Positions 14,354-28,355 of a stretch of 64,000 bases of DNA are shown here, piece after piece. The DNA is from Balanoglossus misakiensis (taxonomy: Eukaryota; Animalia; Hemichordata): NCBI GenBank assembly GCA_040954595.2, contig CM082576.2:916648-980647 (forward strand), in the 5' to 3' direction. The position numbers and the translations under genes are program-made. The notes beneath the pieces are model-generated. The model saw only the letters and a program-made list of their open reading frames with translations. It was not told the origin of the DNA and did not search any database. The number at the start of each line of letters is the position of its first letter. Positions within the stretch are counted from its first letter, which is position 1.

Positions 14354-14519
14354 AATATCCACCAGTGTGCTAGTCTAGAATCCAGACCAATCCTGGTAAA
14401 AGTTTGCGCAGCAGTAAGGCAAGTGCCCTGTAACAGGAAGTCGCGCGCGCCCTGCGCTATCTCTTTTTTTTTACAGCTGATCAAGGAGAAAAATTGCGCA
14501 TGTGCAAACTCCTCACAAG
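14354..14519. promoter_or_regulatory. Bidirectional promoter, orphan gene/NEK9
   Basis: 166 bp between divergent ATGs. ETS-type CAGGAAGT (~14434), GCGCGCGC and NRF1-like TGCGCATGTGCA (~14495). Confidence 0.7.
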
Positions 14520-15449
14520 ATGGCTTCCGACGAAAGTGGGGAAACAGGTAGCTCGATTGCAACTGCGTTTTCTGACACCGGACAGGAGGAACTGTACATC
14601 CCAGTGCGTATTCTAGGAAGAGGAGCATTTGGCGAGGCTGTTTTATATCGAAAACTAGAGGTACGTCATCTTGATTTTGCAGGAAATGGTAAAATATCAA
14701 TGGTGGTACGCTATAGCATATCGGATATTGTACACATGTATATTGTTTACATTCTATGTTTCGGAGACTGTACATCTGCAAATTAATAAGAAGAAGTTAC
14801 ACCTTGGTGCACACAGCTTTTGAACTCTTGTCATATCTGCGATCTCATGCCTATATTCATCTCCGCATAGCGCGCGATCACAACACGTAATTTGTAAACA
14901 ACATTGGTCATTGCACGTTCAACTTGAGGATGTACATTTTTGAGCACAGGCGCTGTCAGAACAGCTGAGTCGGGTGTTTACTTTATGATTAGAGGTGGTG
15001 GGGGTTTATGACGACAGACAGCCTATAACGATGGTATGGCCAATGCGTAAGAATATGGAGAGAGTGCACGTGTTTCAGCATTTGTATATACGTTTCCATG
15101 ACAACATGCCCTTATATGGCCGAATCTGAATCTGAATCTGAACTTGGTCTTTCCTTGACCAACTTGGGGTTAATTTAAGAATGTGATTGCGAAGAATATA
15201 AATTCATTTTCTTGATTGCATTTTTCATTGAATAATAATTGTCAATATACTGTCACTTTCAGGGCAATTCATTAGTTGTTTGGAAAGAAGTTGACCTGAC
15301 AAGATGTTCAGACAAAGAGAGACGAGATTCGCAGAATGAGATAGAAATCCTGTCACTTTTAAATCATCCCAACGTCATCAGTTATTATAATCACTTTCTT
15401 CATGAAGAGACTCTACTTATTGAAATGGAGTATGCCAATGGTAAGTTAT

Positions 15450-15501
<52 letters not shown>

Positions 15502-18500
15502 AATAGATGAGGAATTACAGGAATTTCACTTAATTGTATTATAGGTGGCACCTTATATGAGAAGATTATGAATCAAAATCAGCAGCTTTTTGAAGAACAT
15601 GCAAGTATTATTTTACAATGATCAAAATGTTTCGGATAAATGAGCACTATTCTCCTTTCTCTAAAATATAACAAATCTATCTTTTTTTTATATTGGTAAT
15701 TTCTGTTGTGCCATTTTGACAAAGACATGTTTGTTAATCCACAAAGAAGTTTTTTTTTTTTAAATGCAAACATTGATTTCTTCACATTTGTAAAGTGTCT
15801 TTAGAATGCAAGCACTTAAGCGTGGCTCTGATGTTTAATCTATAAACTGTGCACTCTGGCACTGAATGCTGGCTTTCATCCAGAATGCCACAGTAAAGAG
15901 TATTGTAAGATTCCTCACAGACACTAATCATGTTTACAGTTGTTTTTTTATCACATATCTTCTAGGGTGGAACTGCTGTGCTTTGCTGAATAAATATTTG
16001 TTGTTTTTCCCCCTTTAGATTATTATATGGTATTTTTTTCAAATATGTTCAGCTGTTTCCCATATACATGAATTTGGAATACTACACAGGTATATGCTTA
16101 AAGTTACTCTCTAAATGTTGAACAGTTAAGCATTACAACTCACCATGAAATATGAAATATAAGCAGTATTTGTTTGTTATCTTTACCAAAGTAAAGTATG
16201 GCGTGATTGACAGTGAAACTGATTATCTGTGGAAGTCTATCTTTCTAAGAGAAATTAAATACTTCACTTCTTGATAAATTGGAAAAAAAAGAATATTATG
16301 TATCTTATTTGTTATGTCAATTGGACTATCCTAAATATTTGAGTCTAAAACAGATGTGATAATTTTGCAACGATTAAAAATAAAATATAGTTATGTTTTC
16401 ATTGCCATTCCAGAGATATCAAGACATTGAATATTTTCTTGACAAAGTCAGCTTTGGTAAAACTTGGAGACTTTGGTATTTCAAAGGTGTTAGACCATCA
16501 GAGTCAAATGGCAGACACTGTAAGTATAATTCTTTCATCTTCATAAGGCAGTGTCATGTCCAATAAAAATATGTTTGCAAAGCCACTGGTGTTTTGAGTC
16601 ATCTGACCACCACTAACATTAAACTTCAACCTACATGCAAAACTGTTAGATTTGTTCAAGATATGTGGCCCCGTTTAATTGGATTTTATTTACTGAATTT
16701 TTAGGTTGTTGGAACGCCGTACTACATGTCACCAGAAATCATTAGAGGTGAAAGGTAAGCAGAATTGTAGGATGACTGGTGACAGTTTTGCATCTTGCAA
16801 AGTCATGTTTGTAAAACTTTAACAAGAATCACAACTCAAATGAAGTAGATGTAATTGTCTGTTCATCAAAGCATGCCTCGTATGATAGACCACTCTCTCC
16901 CTGAATGGTAGACTTGCATGTCAATTGAAACAGACAGTGAGACACATCTAGTCATTAGAAGCACTAACATTGCATGTTGTTTGACCGCTTACTCACAGAT
17001 ACAACAACAAAAGTGACATCTGGGCTTTGGGATGTGTTTTGTATGAAATGCTCACGTTAACAAGAACATTCGATGCATCAGTAAGTATAGTACGGTAATA
17101 CAAATGTACCTGTGTCAGGTAATGTCTGTTCACTGATTTCCAACAATGAGGTGAATGTCCAGATTTTCCAGTAGCTACCGGGTTGTAATAATATGTTTGT
17201 TGTAAGGTTTATGTAGTCAATATGAGTGTATGTGATACTAAAAGTAGATGTTGCAACTCAATGTAAAGTGTGTTTTTGCTTTGTAATTAACCATTCACTG
17301 TGTTAATTTCTCATTTCCTCTTTGACAGAATCCCCTGAAATTGTGTTATGAGATTGTAAAGGGCAAATTCCAAGTTGAAATAGATCCACAATATTCAGAT
17401 GAAATGAAGTCACTTGTAATTGAAATGTTACAACAAGATCCAGAGAGACGACCAACATCAGATAAAATATTGACATATCAAATGTTTTGTTCTTCAGGAG
17501 AGTAAGGGCATTTTCGACTTGTTTGTTAGTGTTGTGCTGTAATATACAGTTTTGTCTGCATAGTCAACAGTGCACTGCTATACACCAGTATTCTTTATTT
17601 CATCAATGACTATATTTCTGCTAATTTAAGTACATTACGGAATATTTAAGTATGATCAGATTGCGTCAATGATGTCAACTAGCTCTAGTGAAGGAGTGGA
17701 CCAACCACTCCTTACAATTTCTTCAAAGGTTTCTCCAGCAGATTCATCCTCTACTGAAGTGCTAGCATTAATACCATCATTCTTGTGTCCTCTTTCCAGG
17801 AAAATGCAACAAAGGGTGACAGATCTAAATGTTGCCAGTAGAAACACAAGAGCCTCTGTCAGTCAGAGTGACACCATTCCTGTTGTCACGTCCAAAGTCA
17901 GTGAGGTGAGTGATGTCAGAATTTTAGGATGAATATATACTGTCAGTTCAATGAGCTTGATCATTAGCCAATGTATAATGAAAACAGATTTTCAGTAAAA
18001 TTTGACACTTGTAATCATTAGGCCAAAGCCTTTTATTGTACTCTATGGGCCATTTCAGAAGATGCTACATTGCAGAGTACTCCCTGTGTTTTTCCTGTAA
18101 TGCAGCATGATTGCATGAATGTGTTTATTTTTTGTCTCTGTAGGTTTATTACTGGGGTGGTGGAAGACTCACCCCACAGAAACTTGACGTCTTCAAAGAT
18201 GGAGACAGTGCCCTACAAGTTTCTGCTGCACACTGCCATTTTGCTGTTGTTACTGTTGAAAAAGAACTTTATACGTGGGCGGTAAGTTTTGTTTCAGAGT
18301 ATAAAAATATGAATAATTATGGACAATAATTTCTGGTAAATCTGGCATTTCAGTAATAGGTTGTCAGTTTAGGAAAGTTCTTCAAGATGTAGAGTGTTTC
18401 AGTTCTTACCATCTCAAGTCTTTCCATGCTGATACTTAAAAACGAAAGGAATTTGTTTCTTTTTCTCATCAGAATGTGCAAGGTGGTCAAGGAATGGTTG

Positions 18501-21500
18501 GTCAGTTAGGCCATGATGACACTGCCTCCTACAGAACTCCAAAGAAAGTGGAAGCCTTACAAGGCTTAGCTGTTAAGCAAGTCTCCTGTGGAGAAGAATA
18601 TACTGCCTGTGTTACAGGTGCGGTCAATAATTTTAATCACTTCAAAATTTAATTGCAATGAATAAATATAGCTGTGAACAGCAATAAGCGGGTTTTGAAA
18701 CACTACTATGGCCATATGGTCCACAAAGATTGCTCACCCTAAAAACAACACGATTTCAAGAGGGTTTCGAGACCAGAGGGGTCTCGAAACCCTAATAATT
18801 AAGGCTTGCTTGAGTTCCAGAAGAAAACTAAATGTTATACTGTTATATCAATTTTTAATAGAAACTGGTGTATTATATACATTTGGTTCTGACTATTATG
18901 GCTGCCTGGGATGTAATAATGAGCATGGAGATGAAGTGCATCGACCAGTTCCTGTGAATTACTTCAGTGACATCCCTGTGGATCAGATTTCATGTGGAAC
19001 CTGTCATGTCCTGGCATTGACCAGAGACAGTGAGGTGTATTCATGGGGAAGTGGAGAATTTGGTAAGTGATGATGATGGTGGTGGTGGTGCTGGTGGTGC
19101 TGGTGCTGGTGGTGGTGGTGGTGGTGTGCTATTGACGATGATGATGATGATGATGATGATGATGATAGTCATGATGATAATAATGACCAGTATGATACCG
19201 AGAAAGGATACCGAGAACGGATATTCATGATCATATATTTTGTTATCAAATTTTGATGGCTAAGTTTTTGGTTATTGGTACTTTATTTATCCGCAAGTTA
19301 TTGAGAATATGAGATTTGTTTATTGTTTTGTTTTTTGTACAACCATGTGAAAGAGTTCAGTTCTCTACTTTATTTGAAGTACAAGCTTACAAGAAAGTTA
19401 CATGTTGACACTGACACTCGTTTTGTGACTTGCAGGTCAACTTGGGCTTGGATCAGAAGATGATTATGCAGAGCCACAAAAGGTACATTTTTAGAGCATT
19501 TCATGAAAATTTGCCTGAAGTGCAGTCTTCCTGGAACACGATTTGGTACCAGAGGTCCCTAGTTTTCATTCAATTTCTTATTATTATTCACCATTTTTTC
19601 TGTTGTGATTTCTCTGTAAGGTTGCAATTCAAGGAAAGAGAATCATTGTATCAGTGTGTGCTGGTTCAGATGGTAGTTTCTTCCTAACGGCTGGTGGCAG
19701 ACTTCTGGCTTGTGGTAGCAATGAGTCCAATAAACTTGGTTTGAACAACATTGCTGCAGGTCTGAGAAAAACACAAGTCAAGGTGAATAGTTACAACTTA
19801 TCATGAACATTTTAGAAGTACAGTTGGAAGGACTTGTATCATGGTCTAAATTCAGGACTTGGCCAAGATCATCAAATGAAAATATGCCATTCTGTATCAT
19901 TTACCAAACCATTTTACTCCATTTCACTTCTACAGCTGTCATATGACATTCCTATCAAGCATACCCCAGTGACAGTGAAACCACTGACGCGATATCACAT
20001 CACATCAGTGTCAGCCGGTAAAACACACACTGCAGTCATTGATGGTAAAGTATCTCTTTCATCTTCTCTACTACCATCCCATCATTCTAAATTATAGTGA
20101 CACGTACCTGTGTGAAAACTGAATACAGAGATTTTTTACACATGGTTGAAGGGTCGAGATTGGGACTGTGTATCATTCATGTTGACTGATTTCTGGTTGA
20201 TCCACAGTTCAGGTTACACAGGTCTCCCTTTGATATTTTGATCCTATCCTATCTTTCCCCTTTTTTTCAAATTTTATGTTCACCACTGATAACTACTGCT
20301 ACACTTTTCCACAGCTTATGGCAGACTCATCACATTTGGTAGTAACAAATATGGCCAGTTAGGAGTTGGTGACTTCAAACCCAGAAACTCTGTGTGTCAA
20401 GTTGCTGGTGTATTGGTTGGACAGCTTGTACAGAAGGTCAGCTGTGGTGATAGTTTTACTGTTGTGTCAACATCAGGTAGGTAAAAATCATAGGAAATGG
20501 AGTCTGTACATTATGAGTTGTACTTCAGTGGATAAAGTAATAGAATCTTTGAAAGGCTTTCCATATTATTTGTAATCTCAGGAGATGCATCTTTTTACCC
20601 CGGTTTTGTTGTAGGAGGAGGCATGTAATTTGAATATGACGCTATTTGATCTTGACTTCATAAAACAGGAAGGAATCATTGGTAAATGATTTTTTTGTTT
20701 CATTAGCAACACAACTTTGACATCAATGTCTAAAAATGTAATTGTTGTTATTTACTTTCCAGATAATTACATTTACTCATTTGGCAAGACAGAAAACGGT
20801 CGACTGGGCCTTGATATTGATGGAGTTTCACATCGGAAGAAGGGAGCTATTTGTTCACCAAGGCCTATCTTTGGTACTTTACATGTTGTGCCTAATATCA
20901 GTTCTTCTCACTGGCACACAATATTAGTTGTTGGTAAGTTGATAAGATTTTGTGTCATGATGGTTTTAAAAATTTCAGGTTAAAGAGGGCGTTCTTTATG
21001 CAACTGAGATGACAACCTTCATCCAATTAAAGAACGCCCTCTTTAGACAGCAAAAAAACTAGTGCAATTTTTCATCTTTTTTTACATTTTCTAACAGTGC
21101 AGTTAATTCCTGACCACCAAAGTTAGATTCAATTATGCACAAAATACGAAGCACATAAAGAGATTTCATCATGAAACCATGTAAATGTAGACTTTTTTCC
21201 AAATACTTGGCATGTTACTATTTCATGTCTCTTTTTGACAGAAAAAGTTTTAAAGTCCAAGACAATAAGATCAAGCAGTGCCAGTGATTTGATGGGAAAA
21301 GGTGAGTCTGACACAGTTATTCTTGATCGTAGATTCTGTGTGTATTTGTGTGTATGGTGACCAGAATATCTCTTCTCGCATGAAGTCAAGGTCAAACTGG
21401 CCAGCGTAGAACAGGAAGGTCATTTTGCTTTGAAAAGATTAATTGAATTGTCACTATAGTGTTGCAATCCAATAAATCTACTTAGTACTTTTTGTCACCT

Positions 21501-24500
21501 TTATTTTAGGGTCCCAACTCTTCATGGGTGACAGTACTACCCACAATGCCCTATTGTCTTATTTGATTTACAGTTTGGAACTACATTGTATTTAATACAC
21601 TGGGTACTAACAATGCAGTACTTTGTGTGTCTTGATAATTGCTTTAACTCGATTAGTGCAGTAATTGTTGTGTGTCACTGTCATAAATTGTATCAATACC
21701 CACAGCTGGTGTTAAGATGATCAGTCAGATTTGGAAGTTATCACATCATCACACGGATTTTTGTCAGTGATTTGATGAAAGTACTTCTTTTGTAATTTTT
21801 TTAGCAAATGACACACAGTCGTCCTTCCCACTCTGAAGGTCGAATTCCTTTTACTCTTCTCTACCTGTACTGGCGCCCCCATCAGTTTAAAACTTGACAT
21901 GTTTTGTTCACCCGTCCAGTTACAGAGAGAAATTTCTCATCATGTGTCTGTCACATGAGGTCTACAAATTCAGGTCACTTTTAACTTTGTTGAAGGCAGT
22001 TTTGAAATCAATTCTCTTTCTCGCATTTTGGTGACTGGTCGGCAAGAATGAACGTACAGAAGTGGCTACCCTATTTTCTCAGCATAGTTTGGGTAAAATT
22101 TGGAAAGAAATGACCAAAATGTTTGAGTTTAAAATTTGATCACAGTCATGCTTGAACAAGTATACTTGCTAGCCATTGGTTCAAAAATGTGGAAATATTG
22201 TGGAATATCACTGAAATGAACTATCTTCCACTGTACGTGGTATGCTCTACATTTAGGTCGGTATAAACCTTATAACTGCTGACTGCACTGTTTGGCAAAA
22301 CATATGTCTCCATTTGCTGCCAATCTACACTCAAACATTTAAGTACTTCATGTATTGTACTGGTTTCACAAGAATTTTATTACATGCCTGTATTGCACTG
22401 ATGTTGAATCAATGTGTTTCTGTTGATGGCCCATAGAAATTTAGTATGGTGTGCCACTATATTGAGAGCCCATTGACAGTGACCATATGGTGAAATTTTG
22501 TGATTTGCACTGTTGACTGATACAAGATAATGGTTTTATTTCAATGAAAATGTGTGGCCTGCTGATTAGCTCCATCAAAAGGTATTTAAAAAAGATGAGA
22601 ATGGCGCTGATGGGGAGATGAGATATCCATTTGTTTGGGGTCCATAAGCTCGCATGGTGTGAGCAAATGGTTTTGACACATGCATATCTGTTTTGACAGT
22701 AACATCTATTAATCTAGCAGAAGTCGCTTTTTGGGACCCTTCTCTGAATGGCACAATATATCCTGATACATTGCGGTGATGACTGATGCAGAATAAGAAA
22801 TTCACTCTTTGAAACAAACATTTTTCTGGTAATAGCTCAGAATCCCTTTAATTGTGTTGATTATTATAGAGTGATAAGCAATTGAACACATTTGCTTCCA
22901 TTGAAAGTTTCAACGTAGAATTGCTGTTTTTCACGTTTTATATGAGGCATATTCCAAAGTGACCTTCTTAAATGTGGCTTGTGATAAAACAGTGATGTTT
23001 GAAAGGTAATTAGCCACCTTCAAATAAAACTGCGATGCTACAAGGACTCTGTAGTGAGCGGAAAAAGAAGAGAAATTTTGACAGCGTTAATGAGACTTGC
23101 AAACAGAGTAGGTGCAATTTGTAACCATGTGTGGGAAGAAATTGACACCTTCAAAATTTCAAAACGCTCTGTTAGAACATCCTGTGACCATCGGCCAAAT
23201 ATAGAAAGGATGTCCAATTATCCATCTACATCCACTTCTGCGTATCCAGTCAAGGTTGAAGACACGTTTAATTTTACAAACATTTCCTCTCAACCTTGCA
23301 AGGGAGTGCTGTCCATTGAAATGGACTCTTCTCTGTACATTGAGAATATCACATTCTCCATCTGTGCTAGTCTGACTCACACCAGTATTATTATACAGAT
23401 GTATTAATAACTAAGTAACAACCTGATTGTAATTAAAAGGAATTAAATAGATGAAACACTAGGCCACATCAATTTCTCTGTGCGATTATCAAGAGAGGGA
23501 AGATAAGTCAAGATTAGTATAAGTCAGGGAGAGTATTAACTTCAGCTGTAAATTGCCACAGCAGGTATATATTTGCATCACTATACAAATCTCCAAAATC
23601 CTGATCAATATGGATCAAGCTATCTGTGACAAATGAAGCAGATGAAGGTAAATGGGTTAGGAGAACAGGTCCTGGCTGCCTCTGACTTATTTGTGGCAGT
23701 TGTTGTATAAATGGTTACATTGGCTAATATCCTTGCAGTATTTCAGGAGATGATCTTTGGGCGTTTTGTGTGACAGCTGACAGTTAATGAAACCAGATAT
23801 TGTCACTTTGTGACAATAGTTCGTTACCAATGTGACATAGTCAGTCTGAATACAGTATTTTGTTAGGTCACATGATCACTGTGTGGCAATAAATAACAAC
23901 AAGGACACAATTAAAACAACAGGTGACAGAGAAACCGACAAAGCAACTGACAAGCTGATACCAAATTTTGTTGTGTAACGTAAATATCAAAATGTACAGC
24001 TGGGTCGATCCGTACGCCATCAGTCAAGCAATTTCATCCTTGCCCTTTATTTCTACCCAATGCGATACACTTTTATAAATACTTAGAGGTAATTCAGTCT
24101 CACAAATAAAACAACCTTCAGCTGACATTTTCAACAATTAAATAACATCAAGTAGAAACATTGTGAAAGATAGTCAAAGTACATGTAGCAGTTTGTATGT
24201 CATTATGTTGGTATCTATAGAAATCCCTATCATCACGATAATTGGATATTTTTCTCTATCAATTTCATGGAAAAAATCATCATGTCTGTAGAAGAAGCCA
24301 TAGAGAATTGATAAACTGTTATCAAACATTTTGTAGGACTCCCTTCTGGGAATGGCATTATTTTCCCTCCCATCACCAATTTACCCAGTTTTTTTATTCC
24401 ATTTTAAGTCGACATACTGTGGTTCCTCGCAATAACCCTTTTGTCGTTAATTTAATTTGAAATGGAGTGCATACGGGTGTCGTTAAAGGTCAGAATTATC

Positions 24501-27500
24501 AATCATAGTTGTCCAATGCTAAATACCATTTCACTAAAGGATGTATATCACTCAGTACTCTTCTGTATGTGAGGGCCTGTGTGTCATATCTCTGTCTGTC
24601 TGTGTATTTGAATGTCCCCATTAAAGAGAAGTTTCATTGACAATTCCATCAGTGTACATGGATATGTCGTTTTTTCGTAACACAGCATAAAAAAAATTAT
24701 CTCGCACATATGTTTTGTCAAAATGTGAGTAATTCCATCGTATTATGAAAAACCAAAGTGTGTTGACCTTCACCATCCATAATTCTGCAAAGTGCCCTTG
24801 ACATTGAGATGATGACCCTCTGTCAAATTATAATTTGTTTTCATGTGTTCACGTCGACTCATTCATATTGATTTCAATCGTGTCAGTGAAGAGAACCATG
24901 GCACTCACTCATTCTGTTCTTGCAAGTTCTGAAAAGTGGGTCTCCCATCATGCATGGTTGACCTCACAATGTGGACATCAATCATTTCTCAGTTATAATG
25001 ATGGGCAACTCTTTTTTGTTTGTTATTTTTACGAGTGGGTGAGTCAAGTGGCGGTTGAGTGGCACAGAAACTGTGTTGAAGTGCTCATTAATCAAAACAA
25101 TTCAACAAAATTTCCTCCATTGTTTTGTAAAACTTAACCCCAGAACTGATAATAGACCCACAGAATTAATCCATTTGCAATAAAACCACATTTGTCATTT
25201 GTCAATACATTATCATCATCAGATGGTGGTGTTACCGATGACTGCACATGTAACAACCATCCACCTACAATTTCCCAATAAATTTTCTGTTTAAGTTTTA
25301 TTTGAATCCAGGTCCCACGTACACCTCGATCATTTTTACCAAATTTTACAAAGGTTCCCGGGCCACAGAGGAAATATAGTAATTGCAACCTTACCATAAA
25401 AAAGGGTTAAACTAAGGTACAGTGTATGCTATAATCTTCATGCTGGGAAATATTGCCAGTGTGTAGGTGATTACTCAATGCACTTGGGACGAACCGAATA
25501 TTTTATGCATGTGGTTTCAAGTGTTCAGTGTTATAAGATAAATAACACATGAAGCTTGGGGAATGTCACAATTAGAAGCATGTTGTCAAGTTGTTGATGT
25601 GTCCTCTATTATTGATGTGATTGGAGCATCATCAATATTTCCGTCAACACACCATCAATATTGTACTCAATCATTACCCTGGACTTATCACACATTAAGG
25701 CATTATCTTTGCTGTTTTATGTTACAACACAGTCGCCACAACTCTCATAAAAATATTTTCACAACTTTATTCTTGTACAGAATATCAAGATTGTAGCAAA
25801 CTGCAATATCAAAGCGTGAACTGTAAAAGCGAAGGTGTGTCCAACAAAAGTCTGCACACAAAACCAGTTTGCCAAATCCCCATCTCCAAAACATGTAGTT
25901 CAGTACCTGAGGTCTGATATGTGCCTCTGAACACAAACATGTACACATGCAACTAACAAGCAACACTTACATCTACAGATTATTCCATCCACAGTACATG
26001 TTGATCTTGTCAGCTGAGGAAAAAACAGCCTAGTCATCAATTTTTCCTCCTTTGGTTTCCCTATGGCAGATAAACCAAGTTGACCTATCAGAAAATCACT
26101 TGAGAATTGGTTCCTCCTGATGTGACATTTGATGAAATAATGATAACCATCATCTCCTTTGTCTTATAGTTACAAAACCTTTAGTGTCACGTACTGGAGG
26201 TAGCCCAGTATTTGTGGATGAAGATGACAAAGATGGGAATGAGAGCGTGGTTAGTGAAAAAAAGAACGGGACAAAACAGAGTGAAGTGGATCAGATGGAA
26301 GTCATAGATGAAGTCCAAGATGTAGCCAGTGATTCTAAAAGTATGGGCAAAAGCAGTGTACCAGCTTGGCTAAAAGCTGTAAGTGGAATCTGTTTAATGT
26401 ACAAACATTTCAACAAGCCATGAAATTAATGCATATAATGAATGACATTACTTTTCTATCATCTTCATAAAACGAGTACAGCTACCAGTATCACATGAAG
26501 TCTTCTCCGACAGCTGTTATAGCATCAAGTACATATCAGTATTTTCTGTGAACTTGACCATGACGGAAAAGCAAACATCAAAGCCTACCGCTGCTCTATA
26601 TCCAGGGTAGTGAATGACTCATAGGGTACTTGGCTACTCAAGATCATAGTCATTTGCTATGCACCATTTGACTTCAAAGTCATGCATTACTGAAGCTTTC
26701 TCTTTGGGTACCTCTGTGCACCGGCAGTTATTTCCATCAGGAGAATTTTCAAAACTTAATCACTTGTACTTTCTCAGCCAGACTATTTTGATGAGTGAGA
26801 ATATAAATGGAAAAAATTGGCAATTTATTCTGCATTTAGTATGTATGCCCATCTGATATTTCATGCTTAAATCTGACCGTCAGTTTTCCTGAAATGAAAA
26901 CTTTCCCAAATTCTATGACTACATTAATCATACCTGGCGGAATAATTATTTTACACATCCAATGTACCTCAAGTGTGATCTGATTGGTCAACACACTCTT
27001 CAAACAGGTGTACTACAGGTGCATGCATTATGTAACAAATTAACATAGACCATCACCTCACATAGACCAACATACAGCAGTTTGTTACTTGATTTCAACA
27101 TAGTTTTTACAGTCAGTGCCAGTATTTTTAGGAAGGGTTTTCTGTAATCTCAGTTCTGCACTCAGAATGTAGTGGACTGGAGTTGTTAGTACATAGATCT
27201 GGATCCAATGAAAAGTTGTAAGAAGTAATACATAGGCTTGGCAAGCAATGTGTGAGTACTAGACATGAACTATGAAATCTGTGGATACCAAGACTTGGGG
27301 AGATAATCAATTGCCGTCTCTCTTGTTGTTTTCCTTGGTAGGAGTTAGAAGATGCGGAATTCATCCCAATGAAGACCCATTCGGATGATATTCCGCCAGG
27401 ACTGGATGCCAGCCATGGAAGCAATGGAAGTATTGGCTTGGGAGTCAGTGCTCACGGAATACCCATTGTTCCCCCACTGGATCTTGGTAGTCTGAAAGAC

Positions 27501-28355
27501 ACTGGATCATCTGTGGAATCTGTTAGAGAAATAACTCACCATGAACTTGATTTCCTACGAACTAAAGTGCAACATTACAAACAAGAAAATGATCGGGTAA
27601 GTGACCAGATATACATTTCATGCACCTTCAATATACTGGTATAATTTCAATTCTCTCAAAGAACAAGAAAATGATACAGCTACCATCCTTTTTGCTCTGG
27701 GCAACATGGATTAAAGACCATATGTTTATTTTTGTTCCAAAGCTTCGATCTGAAAGGATTGTGGTTTAATGTCCATTTGATGTCTGGAAAATTCTTCTCC
27801 CTCTGGGTTTTGTTTTTTAATGCAACTCCAGTAATGGTGGCATTGCCCTCTTACAAAGTCTCATGGGATTTTACAGCGTAATGACTGTGCTCACTACTGG
27901 TAATTTCGATGACAAATGTACCATTATTTGAAGTAGCCAGAATGCAATCTTTCACAATTGATTGTCCTCAAATTCTGGTATAAGTGATTGTTGGTAATGT
28001 AAAGGTTGTTTCATTATTGTTTGGAACTGTGGGTTTCACAGATAGACAGACACGTGTATACGCATGTATAGATACATACCGGGTACATACATATGTATGA
28101 ATGACATGCGTACGTATGTTACATACCGGTACATTAACTGTGTGTGTGTGTATGTATGTTTAAATTTTATTCCAAGTACATGTACAATTCTTGTTTGAAT
28201 CCATCAAGAGAAATGATTTTTTTTTAAATGATTGTATTGATGTTGTGACATTCTATTTGCAGCTCCTAAAAGTTGTAAGTGAACAAGAGGAAAGAATACA
28301 AGAGTTAGAACGCAAGGTACGTCACTTTGAAGAAAAGCAGCATGAGACTGATTGA
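14520..28355 (+). CDS. NEK9: NIMA-related kinase NEK9 (kinase + RCC1 repeats + coiled coil), 21 exons up to a proximal read-through stop
   Basis: Exons 14520-14660, 15263-15440, 15545-15600, 16019-16089, 16414-16519, 16705-16754, 16999-17080, 17329-17501, 17800-17905, 18144-18281, 18473-18617, 18862-19062, 19436-19482, 19621-19782, 19936-20044, 20315-20476, 20763-20933, 21242-21301, 26170-26378, 27342-27596 and 28263-28316 (or on to TGA at 28355). Motifs [56 protein letters not shown]1 GQLG repeats and [16 protein letters not shown]. Confidence 0.96.
15451..15500. repeat. (GAT)n microsatellite in NEK9 intron 2
   Basis: About 16 perfect GAT units; source of the spurious poly-Met ORF. Confidence 0.95.
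18761..18793. repeat. Perfect hairpin, 14-bp stem and 5-nt loop
   Basis: AGGGTTTCGAGACC-agagg-GGTCTCGAAACCCT in NEK9 intron 11. Confidence 0.85.
19068..19185. repeat. Compound (GGT/GCT)n-(GAT)n microsatellite
   Basis: Directly visible, immediately after the NEK9 exon 12 donor. Confidence 0.9.
20981..21045. repeat. 65-bp element with perfect 18-bp inverted termini (possible mini-MITE)
   Basis: TAAAGAGGGCGTTCTTTA (20981-20998) and its reverse complement TAAAGAACGCCCTCTTTA (21028-21045). Confidence 0.7.

Noticed and set aside
14293-14781. 162-aa minus ORF
   Set aside because: Antisense to NEK9 exon 1 and the promoter; the orphan gene's real exon 1 uses another frame.
15239-19230. Poly-Met and poly-Gly ORF tails
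   Set aside because: Read-through of exons into intronic microsatellites.
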